A stretch of 64,000 nucleotides of DNA from Paragordius varius (taxonomy: Eukaryota; Animalia; Nematomorpha): assembly GCA_964247055.1 (NCBI GenBank), contig OZ176055.1, forward strand, positions 9,672,001-9,736,000, given 5' to 3'. Shown one piece after another: positions 63,795 through 64,000 of the stretch. Made by a program: the position numbers and the translations under genes. Numbering within the stretch: the first letter of the stretch is position 1; each line of letters opens with the position of its first letter. The notes beneath the pieces are model-generated. The model was given only the letters and a program-made list of their open reading frames with translations, did no database searches and was not told the DNA's origin.

Positions 63795-64000
63795 CTAGAA
63801 AACGATTAGGAAAAATATAAGATATGTAGGGTCTACTAAATAATTTATACCATTTACTCGAATTCCCCCTGTTGAACAATTTATATTCACCCTAAAAATA
63901 AATTATGTGTTTTCTTCAAACTAATATTATAAATTATTATTAATATAAAATATTGAAACAAATTTTATTTCTTTAAAATATATTAGGCAATATTTCTTAA

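Overview
Gene-dense, very AT-rich (roughly three-quarters A+T, estimated by eye) segment of an animal genome, probably an invertebrate; the species cannot be identified from the sequence alone. All genes were reconstructed by hand from GT-AG boundaries and phase continuity. Left to right: 5' end of an ABCA transporter (-), TACO1 (+), a 10-exon secreted multicopper oxidase/laccase (-), a divergent alpha-tubulin (+), DCAF13/SOF1 (-) head-to-head with ZMAT2/Snu23 (+), a LIV-1-type ZIP zinc transporter (+), and ABI (-) head-to-head with RNF113A/Cwc24 (+). Introns and spacers are filled with several MITE families and decayed LINE fragments. The highlight is a full-length 3.6-kb RTE-type LINE in DCAF13 intron 5. 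It has a 16-bp target-site duplication, one uninterrupted endonuclease-RT ORF with an inserted PHD-type finger, and, starting at its first nucleotide, a predicted HDV-like self-cleaving ribozyme with almost no P4 stem. Other notable points: three 25-31-nt first introns, two start-codon gaps of only 54 and 88 bp that each contain a palindrome, a triplicated splice acceptor in RNF113A that could yield RING-less isoforms, an alpha-tubulin lacking a free MREC N-terminus, and a ZIP transporter with His-rich motifs in atypical loops.
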